Origin: an uncultured Phycisphaeraceae bacterium
GTDB lineage: Bacteria; Planctomycetota; Phycisphaerae; Phycisphaerales; UBA1924
DNA length: 64,000 nt
Assembly (NCBI GenBank): GCA_964615815.1
Contig: CAZTQV010000013.1
Coordinates: 50,359-114,358, forward strand
Direction: 5' to 3'
The position numbers were made by a program, and so were the translations under genes. The notes under the pieces were generated by a model. That model saw only the letters and a list, made by a program, of their open reading frames with translations. It was not told the DNA's origin and searched no databases. Positions 18,901 to 31,608 of this stretch are shown piece by piece (positions within the stretch are counted from its first letter, which is position 1; the number at the start of each line of letters is the position of its first letter).

Positions 18901-18998
18901 TGCCCCGCCGCCGAGCCCGCAACGAGCACGGACGCGGCGAACACGATCCGTCGTGGGAAGGGACTCGGGCGGGACGATCGGGTCGCGGGGTGGTTCAT
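15948..18998 (-). CDS. Giant secreted repeat protein B (1016 aa), tandem paralog of 12751..15810.
   Basis: The N-terminal ~300 aa are about 80% identical to protein A (QVSSWTNPSGGFYDDASSWSMGVPDTISASAEISLAG...). It has the same repeat architecture. C-terminus CSADLALPVGSLTFADISVFLSAFAARDPAADFAAPAGEFTFADISAFLSAFAGGCP. Confidence 0.8.
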   Translation of the reverse strand: MNHPATRSSRPSPFPRRIVFAASVLVAGSAAGQVSSWTNPSGGFYDDASSWSMGVPDTISASAEISLAGMYTVTVRTSPTAGSLAIRNPGAVLAINSDRSYGVANGSVVNDGLIVLNADQGPLSSLLDIGGGGIDGMLTGTGVLELNLGDASDDLAGARVRISGNGLHGAGHTIKGKGTVLGVFTNSGLILADRPGQELRIGGNVRGFGSGAFRATNGGVLGVADGAVIRGGSVSSDSGGRIRFGSGTGTLTNGVVLSGVVETTDAGQMIIAGPVTNNATVSVNAFQSSSISAIRIRTSAAISGSGKIDLNVADSSDEFSEAYIYTDSGVIATNGASHTISGKGRIDGSWINEGTFLSDRPGQELRVRGEVVQSGEGELRAVNGGVLGLNNLTLTGGSLTTDEGGHIVATGGPTTLVGVTNEGTLGLMDGQTLVIASGLTNNGIVDVGDDGSVFGTTLTLVDNANIDGAGAIRLYERSQLRVANGTTGTLGASQLIILGEGFVIGNWIVHGEIRADRPGGGRIFSNSMSGSDGLLNAINGGVIIFEAHLDGLTLASDDAGGGVYAAGRQELPSRANNIHNTGVSGIVAGRRLDLLAGGMINDGMFVVNVTAEASPTTLYFLESAAINGTGRVELNLADAGSDYEDAEITTDFLNAAIATNGPGHTIAGKGQISGTWINEGIIVADRPGQDLRISDTMTQTSTGVIRGENGGRATLSNASLSGGTLASSTGGGVDFRGRANTIANIRNTGEAGVREFASVDILGGLINDGIIVVNSTAGISIASLDATVDSTIEGNGGIVLNTSKRSGLVEDARLRTDPGVTLTLGPGQTISGRGQLLGSFRVEGALSPGSADAPTDIITADSNGPDSGVVLTETSVYEVQASFIFIHDRIEATVPVELGGTLRFEPIDGFVPFVGAEFPLITAPSITGGFDAVEFTGDLAPGGVFRVFVEPTRVLAVVTCSADLALPVGSLTFADISVFLSAFAARDPAADFAAPAGEFTFADISAFLSAFAGGCP

Positions 18999-19258
18999 CG
19001 GATGCCCTCGGGGTGCGTGCGAACCCCGAACATAGCGAAAGGGTCACCCAACGCGTCCCCAAAGTCTCCGGAAAGGCCGAGAAAGGCCGGGGAGGTCCGA
19101 TCGATCGGCCTATGGACGGGTCCAAGGAATACGGAGTTTTTCGCCGCCCCTATACAGGACCGATGAGGCGGGTATTATTCCGGTGTTCGCTGTCCGAGTT
19201 TCGGGACGACCCCGATCTGGGCAGCGCAGAACGCGACCAGAACGCGAGAGGAGAGGCC

Positions 19259-21390
19259 ATGGCCCTCGCCCCATTCAGCGTCCGCGACGACTTCGACCCC
19301 GTCTCCTACGACACCTGGCGCTCCGCCGTCGAGACCGAACTCAAGGGCGCCGACTTTGACCGCCGCCTCGTCTCCCATCTCTACGAGGGCATCGACCTCC
19401 AGCCCGTCTACACCGCCCGCGACACCGAGCGCCGACCCGCCCCGGGCCACGCCGGCCGCGCCCCCTTCACCCGCGGCTCCCACGCCGTCGGCGGCGCCCT
19501 TTGCGGCTGGGACATCCGCCAGGAGTTCGCCGAGCCCGAGCCGGATCTCCTGAACGCCGCCGTCCTCCGCGACCTGACCGGCGGCGTCACCAGCATCCAC
19601 ATCCGCCTCGACGCCGCCACCCGCGCCGGGCTCGACCCCGACGCCCCCGGCGCTTCCGGCCTCGTCGGGCACGACGGCTGCTCGATCGTCACCCTCGACG
19701 ACCTCGACGCCGCCCTCAACGAAGTCCGCCTCGACATCGCGTCGGTCAGCCTCGAAGCCGGCGCGTCGTTCACCTCGGCCTCCTCTCTCCTCATGGCGTT
19801 GTGGGCACGCCGCGGGCTCGGCTCTGACCAGGCCCGCGGCGCCCTCAACGCCGATCCTCTGTCGGTTCTCGCCCGCGATGGCCACCTCCCCGTGCCCACG
19901 CCCCAGGCCCTCGCCCAGATGGCCCGCCTCGCGAGGCACACCGCCGCCCACTACCCCCGCGTCACCGCCGTCCGCGTCGGCTCCGCCCCGTATCACCACG
20001 CCGGCGCGACCGCCGTGCAGGACCTCGCCTTCAGCATCGCCACCGGCATCGAGTACCTCCGCGCCCTCACCGACGCCGGCCTCGAGATCGAAGCCGCCGC
20101 TAGGCAGCTCCTCTTCAGCTACGGCGTCGGCTGCAACTTCTTCCTCGCCGCCAGCAAGCTCCGCGCCCACCGCCGTCTCTGGTGGCGTGTCATGAGCGTC
20201 CTCGGCGCGAGCGACGACGCCTGCCGGGCCCGCATCCATGTCAAGCCCAGCAAGCGCGTCCTCACCCGCCACGACCCGTGGGTGAACCTCCTCCGCAACA
20301 CCGCGACGACCTTCGCCGCCAGCGTCGGCGGCGCCGAGATCGTCACGACGATGCCCCTCGACGCCGCCATCGGCCTGCCCGACGAGTTCAGCCGGCGCAT
20401 CGCCCGCAACACGCAGGTGATCCTGCAGGAGGAAAGCCACCTCCACGCCGTCGCCGACCCCGCCGGCGGCAGCTGGTTCGTCGAGTCGCTCACCGACGAG
20501 CTCGCCGCGAAGGCCTGGACCATCGTCCAGGAGATCGAGCGCGAGGGCGGCATGGCCCGCGCCATTGAGTCCGGCTGGGTCGGCTCCCAGCTCGACGCCG
20601 CCCTCATCCCGCGCCTGCGCAACATCGCCACCCGCAAGGACAGCGTCACCGGAGTCAGCGCGTTCCCCCTCGCCGGCGAGAAGCCCCTCCAGAAGCGCGA
20701 GCCCGTCGCCTGGGAGGTCCGCGACCGCGCCGTCAACCGACTCCTTGCCCGCACCACCGTCGCCGAGGCCGACCAGGCCCTCGCTGTCCTCGCCGAGGAT
20801 GTCGCCACCGACAACGCCCACACCGTCGCCCACGCGGTCAAAGCCGCGGCCGCGGGCGCGACCGTGGGCGAAATCGAGTCCGTCCTCCGCACCGGCGCAG
20901 AGCCCGTCCACATCACGCCCATCCACCCGCACCCCTACGCCGAGGCCTTCGAAGAACTCCGCGACGCCTGCGACCGCTACGAGGCCATGTGCGGCCACCC
21001 GCCCCGCGTCTACCTTGCCGCCTTCGGCACACCCGCCGAGCACACCGCCCGCGTCGGCTTCAGCCACGGCTTCTTCGAGGCCGGCGGCTTCGAGGTCGCC
21101 GAGAGCCCGCCCCTCGACAAGCCCGACGCGATCGAGGCCGCCGAGGAAGCCTTCGGCCACTCCGGCGCCTCCATCGCCGTCATCTGCTCGAGCGACCAGA
21201 AGTACCCGGAGCTCGTCCCCCTCGCGGCCAAGGTCCTCCGCCGCGGCGGCGCGAAGCATGTCGTCCTCGCGGGCCACCCGGGCGACCACGAAGAGGCGTA
21301 CCGCGCCGCCGGCGTGGACACCTTCATCTATCTGAAGTGCGATGTCGTCGGAACACTCACCGCGCTCCTGCGCGACGAGGGGGTGATCTC

Positions 21391-21394
<4 letters not shown>
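19259..21394 (+). CDS. mutA: Methylmalonyl-CoA mutase small (beta) subunit.
   Basis: Start [14 protein letters not shown], preceded by GAGAGGA. MCM beta-subunit architecture, followed by a C-terminal B12-domain-like segment. Translationally coupled to the next gene (GTGA overlap). Confidence 0.8.
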
Positions 21395-23564
<2,170 letters not shown>

Positions 23565-23568
<4 letters not shown>

Positions 23569-24578
23569 CCGAAAGAGGACGACCACGACGAGAGATCAGC
23601 CTCGACGACCTCAAGCGCGGCGTCCTCGCCGGCGAACGCGCCGCCCTGGGCCGCGCCATCACGCTCATCGAATCCACCAGCCCGAAGCACGCCGAGAAAG
23701 CCCGCGACCTCCTCACCCGCCTCATGCCGAAAACCGGCGGCTCCATCCGCCTCGGCATCACCGGCGTCCCCGGCGTCGGCAAGAGCACCTTCATCGACGC
23801 CCTCGGCACCATGCTCACCCAGGGCGGCCTCCGCGTCGCCGTCCTCGCCGTCGATCCCTCCTCCGGCGTCAGCGGCGGCAGCATCCTGGGCGACAAGACC
23901 CGCATGGCCCGCCTCGCCACCGACGACCGAGCCTTCATCCGCCCGAGCCCCTCCGCCGGCACCCTCGGAGGCGTCGCCAGCCGCACCCGCGAGACCATCC
24001 TCCTCTGCGAAGCCGCCGGCTTCGACGCCGTGCTCGTCGAAACCGTCGGCGTCGGCCAGTCCGAAACCGTCGTCGCCGGCATGACCGACCTCTTCCTTGC
24101 CCTCATGCTCCCGGGCGCCGGCGACGAACTCCAGGGCATCAAGCGAGGCCTCCTCGAGCTCGTCGACATCATCGCCGTCAACAAGGCCGACGGCGACACC
24201 ATCAAGAGCGCCGAGCGAGCCGCCCACGAGTACCGCATGGCCCTCCACATGACCCGCCCGGGTCAAGGCCAGCCAACCCCCGTCCACAAGTGCAGCGCCA
24301 AGACCGGTGACGGCCTCACCGAAGTCTGGCAAAGCGTCCGCGACCTGCACACCAGGCTCACCAAGACGGGCACCCTCCGCCTCAAACGCCGCGAGCAGGA
24401 CCTCGCCTGGATGTGGAGCCTCATCGACGAGGGCCTCCGCCGATCCCTCCGGACCGACCCCCGCGTCGCCGCCGCCCTCCCCGCGATCATCGCCGCCGTC
24501 CGTGAGGGATCGACCCCACCCACCACCGGGGCCGATGAGGTTCTGACACTGTTCTCGGGCGATCACGCCACCGCCTGA
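23565..24578 (+). CDS. meaB: Methylmalonyl-CoA mutase-associated GTPase MeaB/ArgK.
   Basis: P-loop [12 protein letters not shown], plus NKAD and the overall MeaB pattern. Start overlaps the mutB stop. Confidence 0.9.
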
Positions 24579-24602
24579 TCCGGGCTCCACACGGAAAACT
24601 CG

Positions 24603-27600
24603 GTGCGCCCGAACGGGCTCGACCGCCACCATCCGGCGGGGCCCCACCCACCGAACCGATATCGCTCCGGCATGAGCGACCGCCCGCAAGACCAGCGGCC
24701 CACCGACGCCGAGCAACGGCGGTTGGACGCCCTGCGCGAGCTCCGCATCATGGATTCCGGCGGCGAGGATCTCTTCGACGACCTCGTCCAGATCGCCGCC
24801 AGCACCTTCGGCGTCCCCATCGCCGCCCTCTCCCTCATCGACGGCCAGCGCGAGTGGTTCAAGGCCGCCACCGTCGAGCCACAGGGCGAGCTCCCACGAA
24901 ACCACGCCGCCTGCGTCATCGTCGTCGACGAGCGCCAGACCGTCGTCGTCCCCGACACACTCACCGACCCGCGATTCTGCGACCTCCCACAGGTCCGCCA
25001 CGGCCGCGTCCGCTTCTACGCCGCCGCGCCGGTCGCCACCGCGGAAGGTCTCGTCATCGGCACCATCTGCCTCAAGGACTTCCGCCCCCGCCCCTTCACC
25101 GCCTCCGACACCCAGCGCCTCGAAGCCATCGCAAAGCTCGCGGGATCCATGCTCGAGTCCCGCCGGAAGAACCTCGTCGCCGACGAGGAACTCACCCGCG
25201 TCGGCACGATCCTCCGCGAGTCCATCCACGGCCTCGTCGTCTTCGAGCCCGAGTACGACCCACTCACCAACGCTGTGGTTGATCTGCGATACCGCGAGAT
25301 GAACCCCCGCGCTGCCCATACCCTCGGGCTCGATCCCGCCGAAGTCCTGGGCCGTCGCCTCACCGAGGTCTTCCCAGCCACCAAGGGTCGCCTGCTCGAA
25401 GAGCGCATCGCCATCTTCAACGAGCGAAGAGTCGAGCAACTTCGCGAACGCTACAGCGACGACCGATACTCCGGCGTCTTCGACCAGCAGGTCTTCCGCG
25501 TCGGTGACTGGCTCGTCGTCACCTTCAACGAGATCTCCGACGCCGAGCTCGCACAAAAGGCCGCCGACGAAGCCGACGCACGACTCGCCGCCGCCGCCGA
25601 AGCATCCGGCGTCGGACTCTGGGACGCTTTCCCCGCGACCGGCGAATGCCAGTACAGCGACACCTGGTACACCCAGCTCGGCTACGAGCCCGGCGCCCTC
25701 CCACCGACGGCGCAGACTTTCTTCAGCCTCGTCCACCCCGACGACCTGCCCACCATCGAACGCATCGGCGAAGAGCTCGCCCGCGGCGAAAGCACCGACT
25801 TCGACATCACCATCCGCATGCGCCACGCCGACGGACACTGGGTCCGCATCCGCGACAAGGGCGCCGTCGCCGAAACAGACGACCAGGGCGGCGTCCACCG
25901 CATCGCCGGCGTCCACATCGATGTCTCCGCCGAGTACGAGGCCTACGAACGCCTCGAAAACGCAACCCACGCCGCTCGCATCGGATTCTGGGACTGGTAC
26001 CTCGACAAGGACCGCGTCGTCTATCACCCGAGCTGGTTCGCGCTCCTCGGCCGAGACCCCGCCGACCACCCTCAGCACCTCGACACCTTCGCGACGCTCG
26101 TTCACCCGCACGACCTCGGGGGCGTCCTCGAGCAGGTCGAGGCCTATGTCGCGGGCGAAACCCGCGTGCTCGACGCCACCTTCCGCATGAAGCACGCCGA
26201 CGGACACTGGGTCCACATCCGAAGCCGCGGCGGCGCCGTCGAGCGAGACCACGCCGGCCGCCCCACCCGCGTCAGCGGCGTGCACATCGATGTCAGCTCC
26301 GAGGTCGAGGCCCGAGACCGCCTCCGCCTCCTCGACCAGGCCGTCATGGCCGCCGACGACTCCGTCGTCATCACCACCGTCACCGCCGACGGCCGCCGCG
26401 GCGATGTCGCCTTCGTCAACCCCGCCTTCGAAAGACTCACCGGCTACCGCTTCAACGAGGTCCGCGGCCGCAGGCTCGAACAGTTCCTCGCCGGGCCCGG
26501 CACCGACCCGCACGAGGTCGCCGCCATCAGCGAGGCCATCGCCGCCGGCCGCTCCTACCACGGCGAGGTCCTCAAGTACCGCCGCGACGGCTCGCCCTTC
26601 TGGGTCGATGTCCATGTCGCCCCCGTCCTCGACGAACGCGGCGTCACCACCCACTGCATCACCATCCACCGCGACAGCACCGAACGACGCCGCGACCGCG
26701 ACCGCCTCGCCAGCGCCCTCCGCCGAGCCGAGGAAGCCAGCCGCGCCAAGAGCACCTTCGTCGCCACCATGAGCCACGAGATCCGAACGCCCCTCAACGG
26801 CGTCCTCGGCCTCGCCGAGCAGCTCAACGACACGACGCTCGACCCCGACCAGGAATCGCTCCTCTCAGGCGTCATGGAGTCCGCCCGACTCCTCCGCACC
26901 CTCGTCGACGACATCCTCGACTTCTCCAAGATCGAGGCCGGCAAGATCGAACTCGAGGACATCCCCTTCCAGCCCGCCACCATCGCCGGCCATGTCGAGA
27001 CCCTCCTCACACCCGCCGCCACCAAGAAGGGCCTCGCGTTCGAGACGAAGCTCCACCCCGGTCTCCCCGCCTGGGTCCTGGGAGACCCCACCCGTCTCCG
27101 CCAGGTCCTCATCAATCTCGCCGGGAACGCCATCAAGTTCACCGAGCAAGGCTCCGTCACCCTCCGCGTCGAGCCCGCCGCCTCGGGCGAGCAGCACAAG
27201 CTCACCTTCAGCGTCACCGACACCGGCCCCGGCATCGCCCGCGCCAAGGTCCTCGAGCTCTTCACACCCTTCACCCAGGCAGACGCCGGCACCACCCGAC
27301 GCTACGGCGGCACCGGCCTGGGCCTCGCCATCTGCAAGCGACTCGTCGATCTCATGGAAGGCCAGATCGAAGTCGACAGCACGCCCGGCCACGGCACGAC
27401 CTTCCGCGTCACCGCCGAGTTCCCGCCAGCAGAAGCCCCCCGCGCCGCCGCCGACGCCGCCGAGTTCGACGGCGTCACCGAAAGACCCCTCGAAGGCATC
27501 CGCGTCCTCGTTGTCGAGGACAACCCCATCAACCAGCGCGTCGCCGTCGGCCTGCTCACCAAGCACGGCGCCATCGCCTGCACCGCCGACGACGGAGACC

Positions 27601-28316
27601 AGGGCGTCCGCCGCTGGCACGCCGGCACCTACGACGCCGTCCTCATGGACGCCCACATGCCCATCCTCGACGGCATCGAGGCCACACGCCGCATACGCGA
27701 CATCGAAGCGCGCGAGGGCCGACCCCGCACACCCGTCATCGCCCTGACCGCGAGCGCCCTCGAGGAAGACCGCCGCCGCTGCATCGCCGCCGGCATGGAC
27801 GCCTTCGTCGGCAAGCCCATCGACACCCGCGAGCTCATCGCCCGCCTCAGAGAATTCACCAACGCCCCCGGAGCCCCCGTGCAGCAGACCGCGCCGATCG
27901 TCATCAGGAACGAGCCGGAGGCCCCGATCGACGACCTCCCCGTCATCGACACCGCGCTCACGCTCCGAGGCTGCGTCGACGACGCCGAACTCGCCGCCGA
28001 ACTCCTCGACGAGTTCCTCGCCCGCGCCGCCGACACACCCACACTCATCGCGGAGGCGCTCGCCCAGGAGCAGTTCAACGCCGCCGCTGGCGAAGCTCAC
28101 CGCATCAAGGGCGCCGCCGCCAGCCTCGGCCTCCGGAGGCTCCACGCCGCAGCCGGCGCACTCGAACGCGCCGCCCGCGCGAACGACCGCACCGCCTCCG
28201 CAGCCGCCCTCGGCACCTTCGCCACCACGCTCTCCAAGACCTGCGAAGCCATCCCCGCCGCGATCGAAGCGATCAACCCCGGCGCCGCCCGCACCGACGA
28301 AGCCTCCGCCGCCTGA
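24603..28316 (+). CDS. Hybrid sensor histidine kinase: GAF, multiple PAS/PAC, HisKA, HATPase, receiver and Hpt domains.
   Basis: HisKA H-box [15 protein letters not shown]. HATPase G-boxes DTGPGI and GGTGLGLAI. Receiver domain [14 protein letters not shown]...FVGKPI. Hpt motif [12 protein letters not shown]. An alternative start at MSDRPQDQ lies about 70 nt downstream. Confidence 0.85.
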   Translation: MRPNGLDRHHPAGPHPPNRYRSGMSDRPQDQRPTDAEQRRLDALRELRIMDSGGEDLFDDLVQIAASTFGVPIAALSLIDGQREWFKAATVEPQGELPRNHAACVIVVDERQTVVVPDTLTDPRFCDLPQVRHGRVRFYAAAPVATAEGLVIGTICLKDFRPRPFTASDTQRLEAIAKLAGSMLESRRKNLVADEELTRVGTILRESIHGLVVFEPEYDPLTNAVVDLRYREMNPRAAHTLGLDPAEVLGRRLTEVFPATKGRLLEERIAIFNERRVEQLRERYSDDRYSGVFDQQVFRVGDWLVVTFNEISDAELAQKAADEADARLAAAAEASGVGLWDAFPATGECQYSDTWYTQLGYEPGALPPTAQTFFSLVHPDDLPTIERIGEELARGESTDFDITIRMRHADGHWVRIRDKGAVAETDDQGGVHRIAGVHIDVSAEYEAYERLENATHAARIGFWDWYLDKDRVVYHPSWFALLGRDPADHPQHLDTFATLVHPHDLGGVLEQVEAYVAGETRVLDATFRMKHADGHWVHIRSRGGAVERDHAGRPTRVSGVHIDVSSEVEARDRLRLLDQAVMAADDSVVITTVTADGRRGDVAFVNPAFERLTGYRFNEVRGRRLEQFLAGPGTDPHEVAAISEAIAAGRSYHGEVLKYRRDGSPFWVDVHVAPVLDERGVTTHCITIHRDSTERRRDRDRLASALRRAEEASRAKSTFVATMSHEIRTPLNGVLGLAEQLNDTTLDPDQESLLSGVMESARLLRTLVDDILDFSKIEAGKIELEDIPFQPATIAGHVETLLTPAATKKGLAFETKLHPGLPAWVLGDPTRLRQVLINLAGNAIKFTEQGSVTLRVEPAASGEQHKLTFSVTDTGPGIARAKVLELFTPFTQADAGTTRRYGGTGLGLAICKRLVDLMEGQIEVDSTPGHGTTFRVTAEFPPAEAPRAAADAAEFDGVTERPLEGIRVLVVEDNPINQRVAVGLLTKHGAIACTADDGDQGVRRWHAGTYDAVLMDAHMPILDGIEATRRIRDIEAREGRPRTPVIALTASALEEDRRRCIAAGMDAFVGKPIDTRELIARLREFTNAPGAPVQQTAPIVIRNEPEAPIDDLPVIDTALTLRGCVDDAELAAELLDEFLARAADTPTLIAEALAQEQFNAAAGEAHRIKGAAASLGLRRLHAAAGALERAARANDRTASAAALGTFATTLSKTCEAIPAAIEAINPGAARTDEASAA

Positions 28317-28351
28317 TCAAGCTCGATCAGATCGGGCCGCGACCGGTCAAC

Positions 28352-29029
28352 TCACCGACGCCGACGCGAAGCCATCAGCCCCGCCGCCGCCAGCACACCC
28401 GCCGACCCCGGCGAGGGCAAAAGCAGCGTCGCGCGGATCCGCACATCGTCCAACGCCTGCCCGTTCGTGCTCGCGAACGCCCCGATGCTCCACCGCAGCT
28501 CGTACTGCTGACCCGCGAGCAGCACCCCGCTCGTCCCACCGCTGAAGGTGATCGAGCTCGAGCTCACCTCGTTCGGGTTCAGGATCTCCACGATGAACTC
28601 GAACTCCGTGTCCTGGTCCACCTGGATGAACAGGAAGTTGTTGGGCACGCCCCCGGGACCGATCGCGATGCTCTGCTGAGCGCTGAACACATTCGCGCTC
28701 AGGTTGTCGATCCGCGACTCGGCGAACGCGTCCACCACGATCCGCGACACCCCGTTCTCCGCGTTGTCCACCATCGCCGAGAACGACGCCGACCCCGAAA
28801 CCTCGCCGTCGGCGTTCACCAGCCCGCTGTCCGTGCCGCCCGAGGCAAAGCTCCCGTTCAGCGTCGTGAACCCCGCCCCGCTGCTGTCAAAGAACTCCCC
28901 GTTGCTCGTCAGCATCGAACTCTCCGCCGTCCCCACGAGGTTCCCCCCCATGAACGACGCCGTCTGACCGCTCGCAACGCCCGACGCCACCGCCAACGAC
29001 AGGACCACAACACGCGCGCTCATCATCTC
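28352..29029 (-). CDS. Small secreted protein with a PEP-CTERM-like (PxPG variant) C-terminal sorting signal.
   Basis: Signal peptide MMSARVVVLSLAVASGVASG. C-terminus LLLPSPGSAGVLAAAGLMASRRRR (Pro motif, hydrophobic helix, Arg cluster). Confidence 0.7.
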   Translation of the reverse strand, partial: EMMSARVVVLSLAVASGVASGQTASFMGGNLVGTAESSMLTSNGEFFDSSGAGFTTLNGSFASGGTDSGLVNADGEVSGSASFSAMVDNAENGVSRIVVDAFAESRIDNLSANVFSAQQSIAIGPGGVPNNFLFIQVDQDTEFEFIVEILNPNEVSSSSITFSGGTSGVLLAGQQYELRWSIGAFASTNGQALDDVRIRATLLLPSPGSAGVLAAAGLMASRRRR

Positions 29030-29051
29030 TGCTCTCCTCCCGTGCACTCGA

Positions 29052-29762
29052 TCACCGCCGACGCCGACAGGCCACAACGCCCGCCGCGATCAACACGCCC
29101 CCCGCCCCTGGCCCCGGCAGGAACAAGGTCCCCCGAAGCTCCGCCTCGTTGAACAAACGACCGATGTCCGTGCTCGCCGAAATCCCGAAGCTGAACCCGA
29201 TCCGCACCGTCTGCCCGGCCGTGAACACACCCTCGCTCGGCACATCCAGCAGACTCAGGCTCACCTCGCCCCCCGTCGCCCCCGGCGTCACAAGCTCCGT
29301 CTCCCACCGGTACGCCGTCTCCTGCCCGATGATCAGCGTGAAGAAGGTGTCCGACCCACCGATCGACGCCGAGGTAAACGCAAACGACAGCAGCGACGGA
29401 TCCAGCACCTCGATCTCGCTCATCGCCGAGATCAGGAAGTCCACCCGCGCGACCCCGTTCTTCGCCGACACGACCTGCGCATCGACCGAGGTCTGCGACC
29501 CCGCCCGCGCCGCCGCCGTGACCAGCCCAGAGTCCGTGCCGCCCCCCGCCGACGCCCCGTTCGCCGTGAACCCGCCGGTGAAGAAGTCCTGGTCGAAGCT
29601 CCCGTCCGTCCCGGCGATCTGCGTCTCGCTGATCCCCGTCGCGTTCACATCCACGAACGACGCCTGACCTGAGGCCGTTCCCAATGCACCCGCTACAGCC
29701 GCAAACGACACCACCGCGCCGAAGGCGCGCGTGCCGACACCGATACCGCTCTGCTTCCCCAT
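29052..29762 (-). CDS. Paralogous PEP-CTERM-like (PxPG variant) secreted protein.
   Basis: C-terminus LFLPGPGAGGVLIAAGVVACRRRR. Paralog of 28352..29029 (shared GGTDSGLV block). Confidence 0.7.
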   Translation of the reverse strand: MGKQSGIGVGTRAFGAVVSFAAVAGALGTASGQASFVDVNATGISETQIAGTDGSFDQDFFTGGFTANGASAGGGTDSGLVTAAARAGSQTSVDAQVVSAKNGVARVDFLISAMSEIEVLDPSLLSFAFTSASIGGSDTFFTLIIGQETAYRWETELVTPGATGGEVSLSLLDVPSEGVFTAGQTVRIGFSFGISASTDIGRLFNEAELRGTLFLPGPGAGGVLIAAGVVACRRRR

Positions 29763-29917
29763 GCGATCCCTCTCTCTGCGTCCCTGTCTCCACCGTCGCC
29801 GGCGTGTTCATTCCGAACAGACCGCAGTCTGCCAGAATGCCAACCCAAACGCCAGCTTTTTCCCAACTTCCCCCCGCCGACCCCAAAATCCCCCTTCTTA
29901 TCGGGCCCCCACCCCGC

Positions 29918-31336
29918 TCACCCCACCGCCTCGATCCGCTCCAACCCCCCAAGGTGCTTCCGAAGCACCTCCGGCACCGTCACGCTCCCGTCCGCGTTCT
30001 GGTGCATCTCCAGGATCGGGATCAAGATCCGCGGGCTCGCCGCCACCGTGTTGTTCAGGCTGTGGCAGAAGGTCGTCGCCCCCTTCCCCGCCTCGCCCCC
30101 AGCCCGATACCGCATGTTCAGCCGCCGGCACTGAAAGTCATACAACCGGCTCGCCGAGTGCGTCTCCCCAAAGTCCCCCACAGGCCGCCCGTCCGCCCCC
30201 GCCTCGCCCCGCCCCGGCATCCAGCACTCCACATCCACCATGTCCGCGTTCTTCGGCCCAAGGTCCCCCGTGCAGCACTGCAAAAGCCGGTGCGGCAGCC
30301 CCAGCTCCTTCAGAAGCTCCTGCACGAAGCCCAGCATCTTCGCGTGCCACTCCCGGCTCGCCACCTCATCGTTCTTGCAGATCACCACCTGCTCCACCTT
30401 GTCGAACTGGTGGATCCGGTACAGCCCCGCCGTGTCCTTCCCCGCCGCCCCCGCCTCGCGCCGGAAACAAGTGCTCACCGTCACATAGGTCAAGGGCAGC
30501 GACGCCTCATCCAGAATCTCCCCCTGGTGCAGCCCCATCAGCCCCACCTCGCCCGTCCCCGTCAGGTACAGGTCATACCCACCCCCCCGCGCCGTCTCCT
30601 CCACCAGGTACGCCTGCTCCCGCCCATGCGGGAAGAACCCCGTCCCCTCCATCGCGCTCTCGCGCACGATCACCGGCACGCTCATCGGCGTGAACCCGTG
30701 CCGCTCCACCATGAAGTCAATCGCGAACCGCAGCACCGCCTGGTGCAGCCGCATCCCCATCCCCGTGAGCACATAGCTCCGAGACCCCGCCAGCTTCACC
30801 CCGCGCGGAAAGTCCACCAGCCCCAGCGACTGGCACAGCTCCAAGTGCGTCTTCGGCGCAAACCCCCGCTGCGACTCAAAGCTCTTCGACCAGTCCCACC
30901 CCTCCGGGCCCCACCGGCTGATCTCCACATTCTCCGCCGCGCTCGCCCCGACCGGCACATCCCCGTCCGGCGGCAGCGGGATCTCCAGCAGCAGCGCTTC
31001 CAGTTCCGGCGACAACGCCTGCGCCTTCGCCTCCAACTCCTGGATCCGAGCCTTCAGCGCCGCCGGCCCCGCCTTGACCTCCTCGATCTCCTTCTCGATC
31101 GCCGCCCGCTCGTCCCCCTCGGCCTTCTTCAGCCGCCCCATCAGCTGACCGATCTTGGGCCCCGTCTCCTTCGCCAGCTTGTTCTGCTCCGCCTGCAGAC
31201 TCTCCTGCTCCGCAAGCACCCCCCGCCGCTCCGCGTCCAGCGACAGCACCCGGTCGATATCGACCGCCATGCCCTTCTTTCGGGCCCCCTCGCGATACCA
31301 ATCAGGTTCCTCACGAAGCCGCTTCAGATCGATCAT
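29918..31336 (-). CDS. serS: Seryl-tRNA synthetase.
   Basis: Coiled-coil N-terminus followed by the class II catalytic core (TPMSVPVIVRESAMEGTGFFP, FRREAGAAGKDTAGLYRIHQFDKVEQ, GEAGKGATTFCHSLNNTV). Confidence 0.95.
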   Translation of the reverse strand: MIDLKRLREEPDWYREGARKKGMAVDIDRVLSLDAERRGVLAEQESLQAEQNKLAKETGPKIGQLMGRLKKAEGDERAAIEKEIEEVKAGPAALKARIQELEAKAQALSPELEALLLEIPLPPDGDVPVGASAAENVEISRWGPEGWDWSKSFESQRGFAPKTHLELCQSLGLVDFPRGVKLAGSRSYVLTGMGMRLHQAVLRFAIDFMVERHGFTPMSVPVIVRESAMEGTGFFPHGREQAYLVEETARGGGYDLYLTGTGEVGLMGLHQGEILDEASLPLTYVTVSTCFRREAGAAGKDTAGLYRIHQFDKVEQVVICKNDEVASREWHAKMLGFVQELLKELGLPHRLLQCCTGDLGPKNADMVDVECWMPGRGEAGADGRPVGDFGETHSASRLYDFQCRRLNMRYRAGGEAGKGATTFCHSLNNTVAASPRILIPILEMHQNADGSVTVPEVLRKHLGGLERIEAVG

Positions 31337-31467
31337 GGCGGCAAGTGTAGAGCCCCCCGCCCCCCGCCGTCGTCCCGCCCGTCATCGCCGCCATCGCGGC
31401 GACCATCCCCGGGCATCCCCTGTCAATCCGGGATCTGTATCCACCACATCAAGCCATGCTTAGCGGC

Positions 31468-31513
31468 CGATAACCGCCACGAACCCCCGCTCACGCACGA
31501 TAATCGCCACAAT
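31468..31513. promoter_or_regulatory. Two 16-bp direct repeats, CGATAACCGCCACGAA and CGATAATCGCCACAAT, whose starts are 30 bp apart in the serS / PEP-CTERM divergent intergenic region. The second is followed by the palindrome GCCACAATCGGGTGGC.
   Basis: Read directly from the sequence. 14 of 16 positions are identical. The region is A/T-enriched relative to the 70% GC background. Confidence 0.3.
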
Positions 31514-31608
31514 CGGGTGGCACCGGGCAAACCCTGTGGCCTCTTCCCTCTGCACCAACGGGCGCGGCCCGTCCGGTCATCGAGCAGAGTTTGAGAGTGA
31601 GGTCCCCT

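Noticed and set aside
25646-29152. 1168-aa plus-strand ORF, Arg/Pro-rich
   Set aside because: Alternative frame of the histidine kinase and antisense of the PEP-CTERM genes. No domain signal and extreme Arg/Pro bias.
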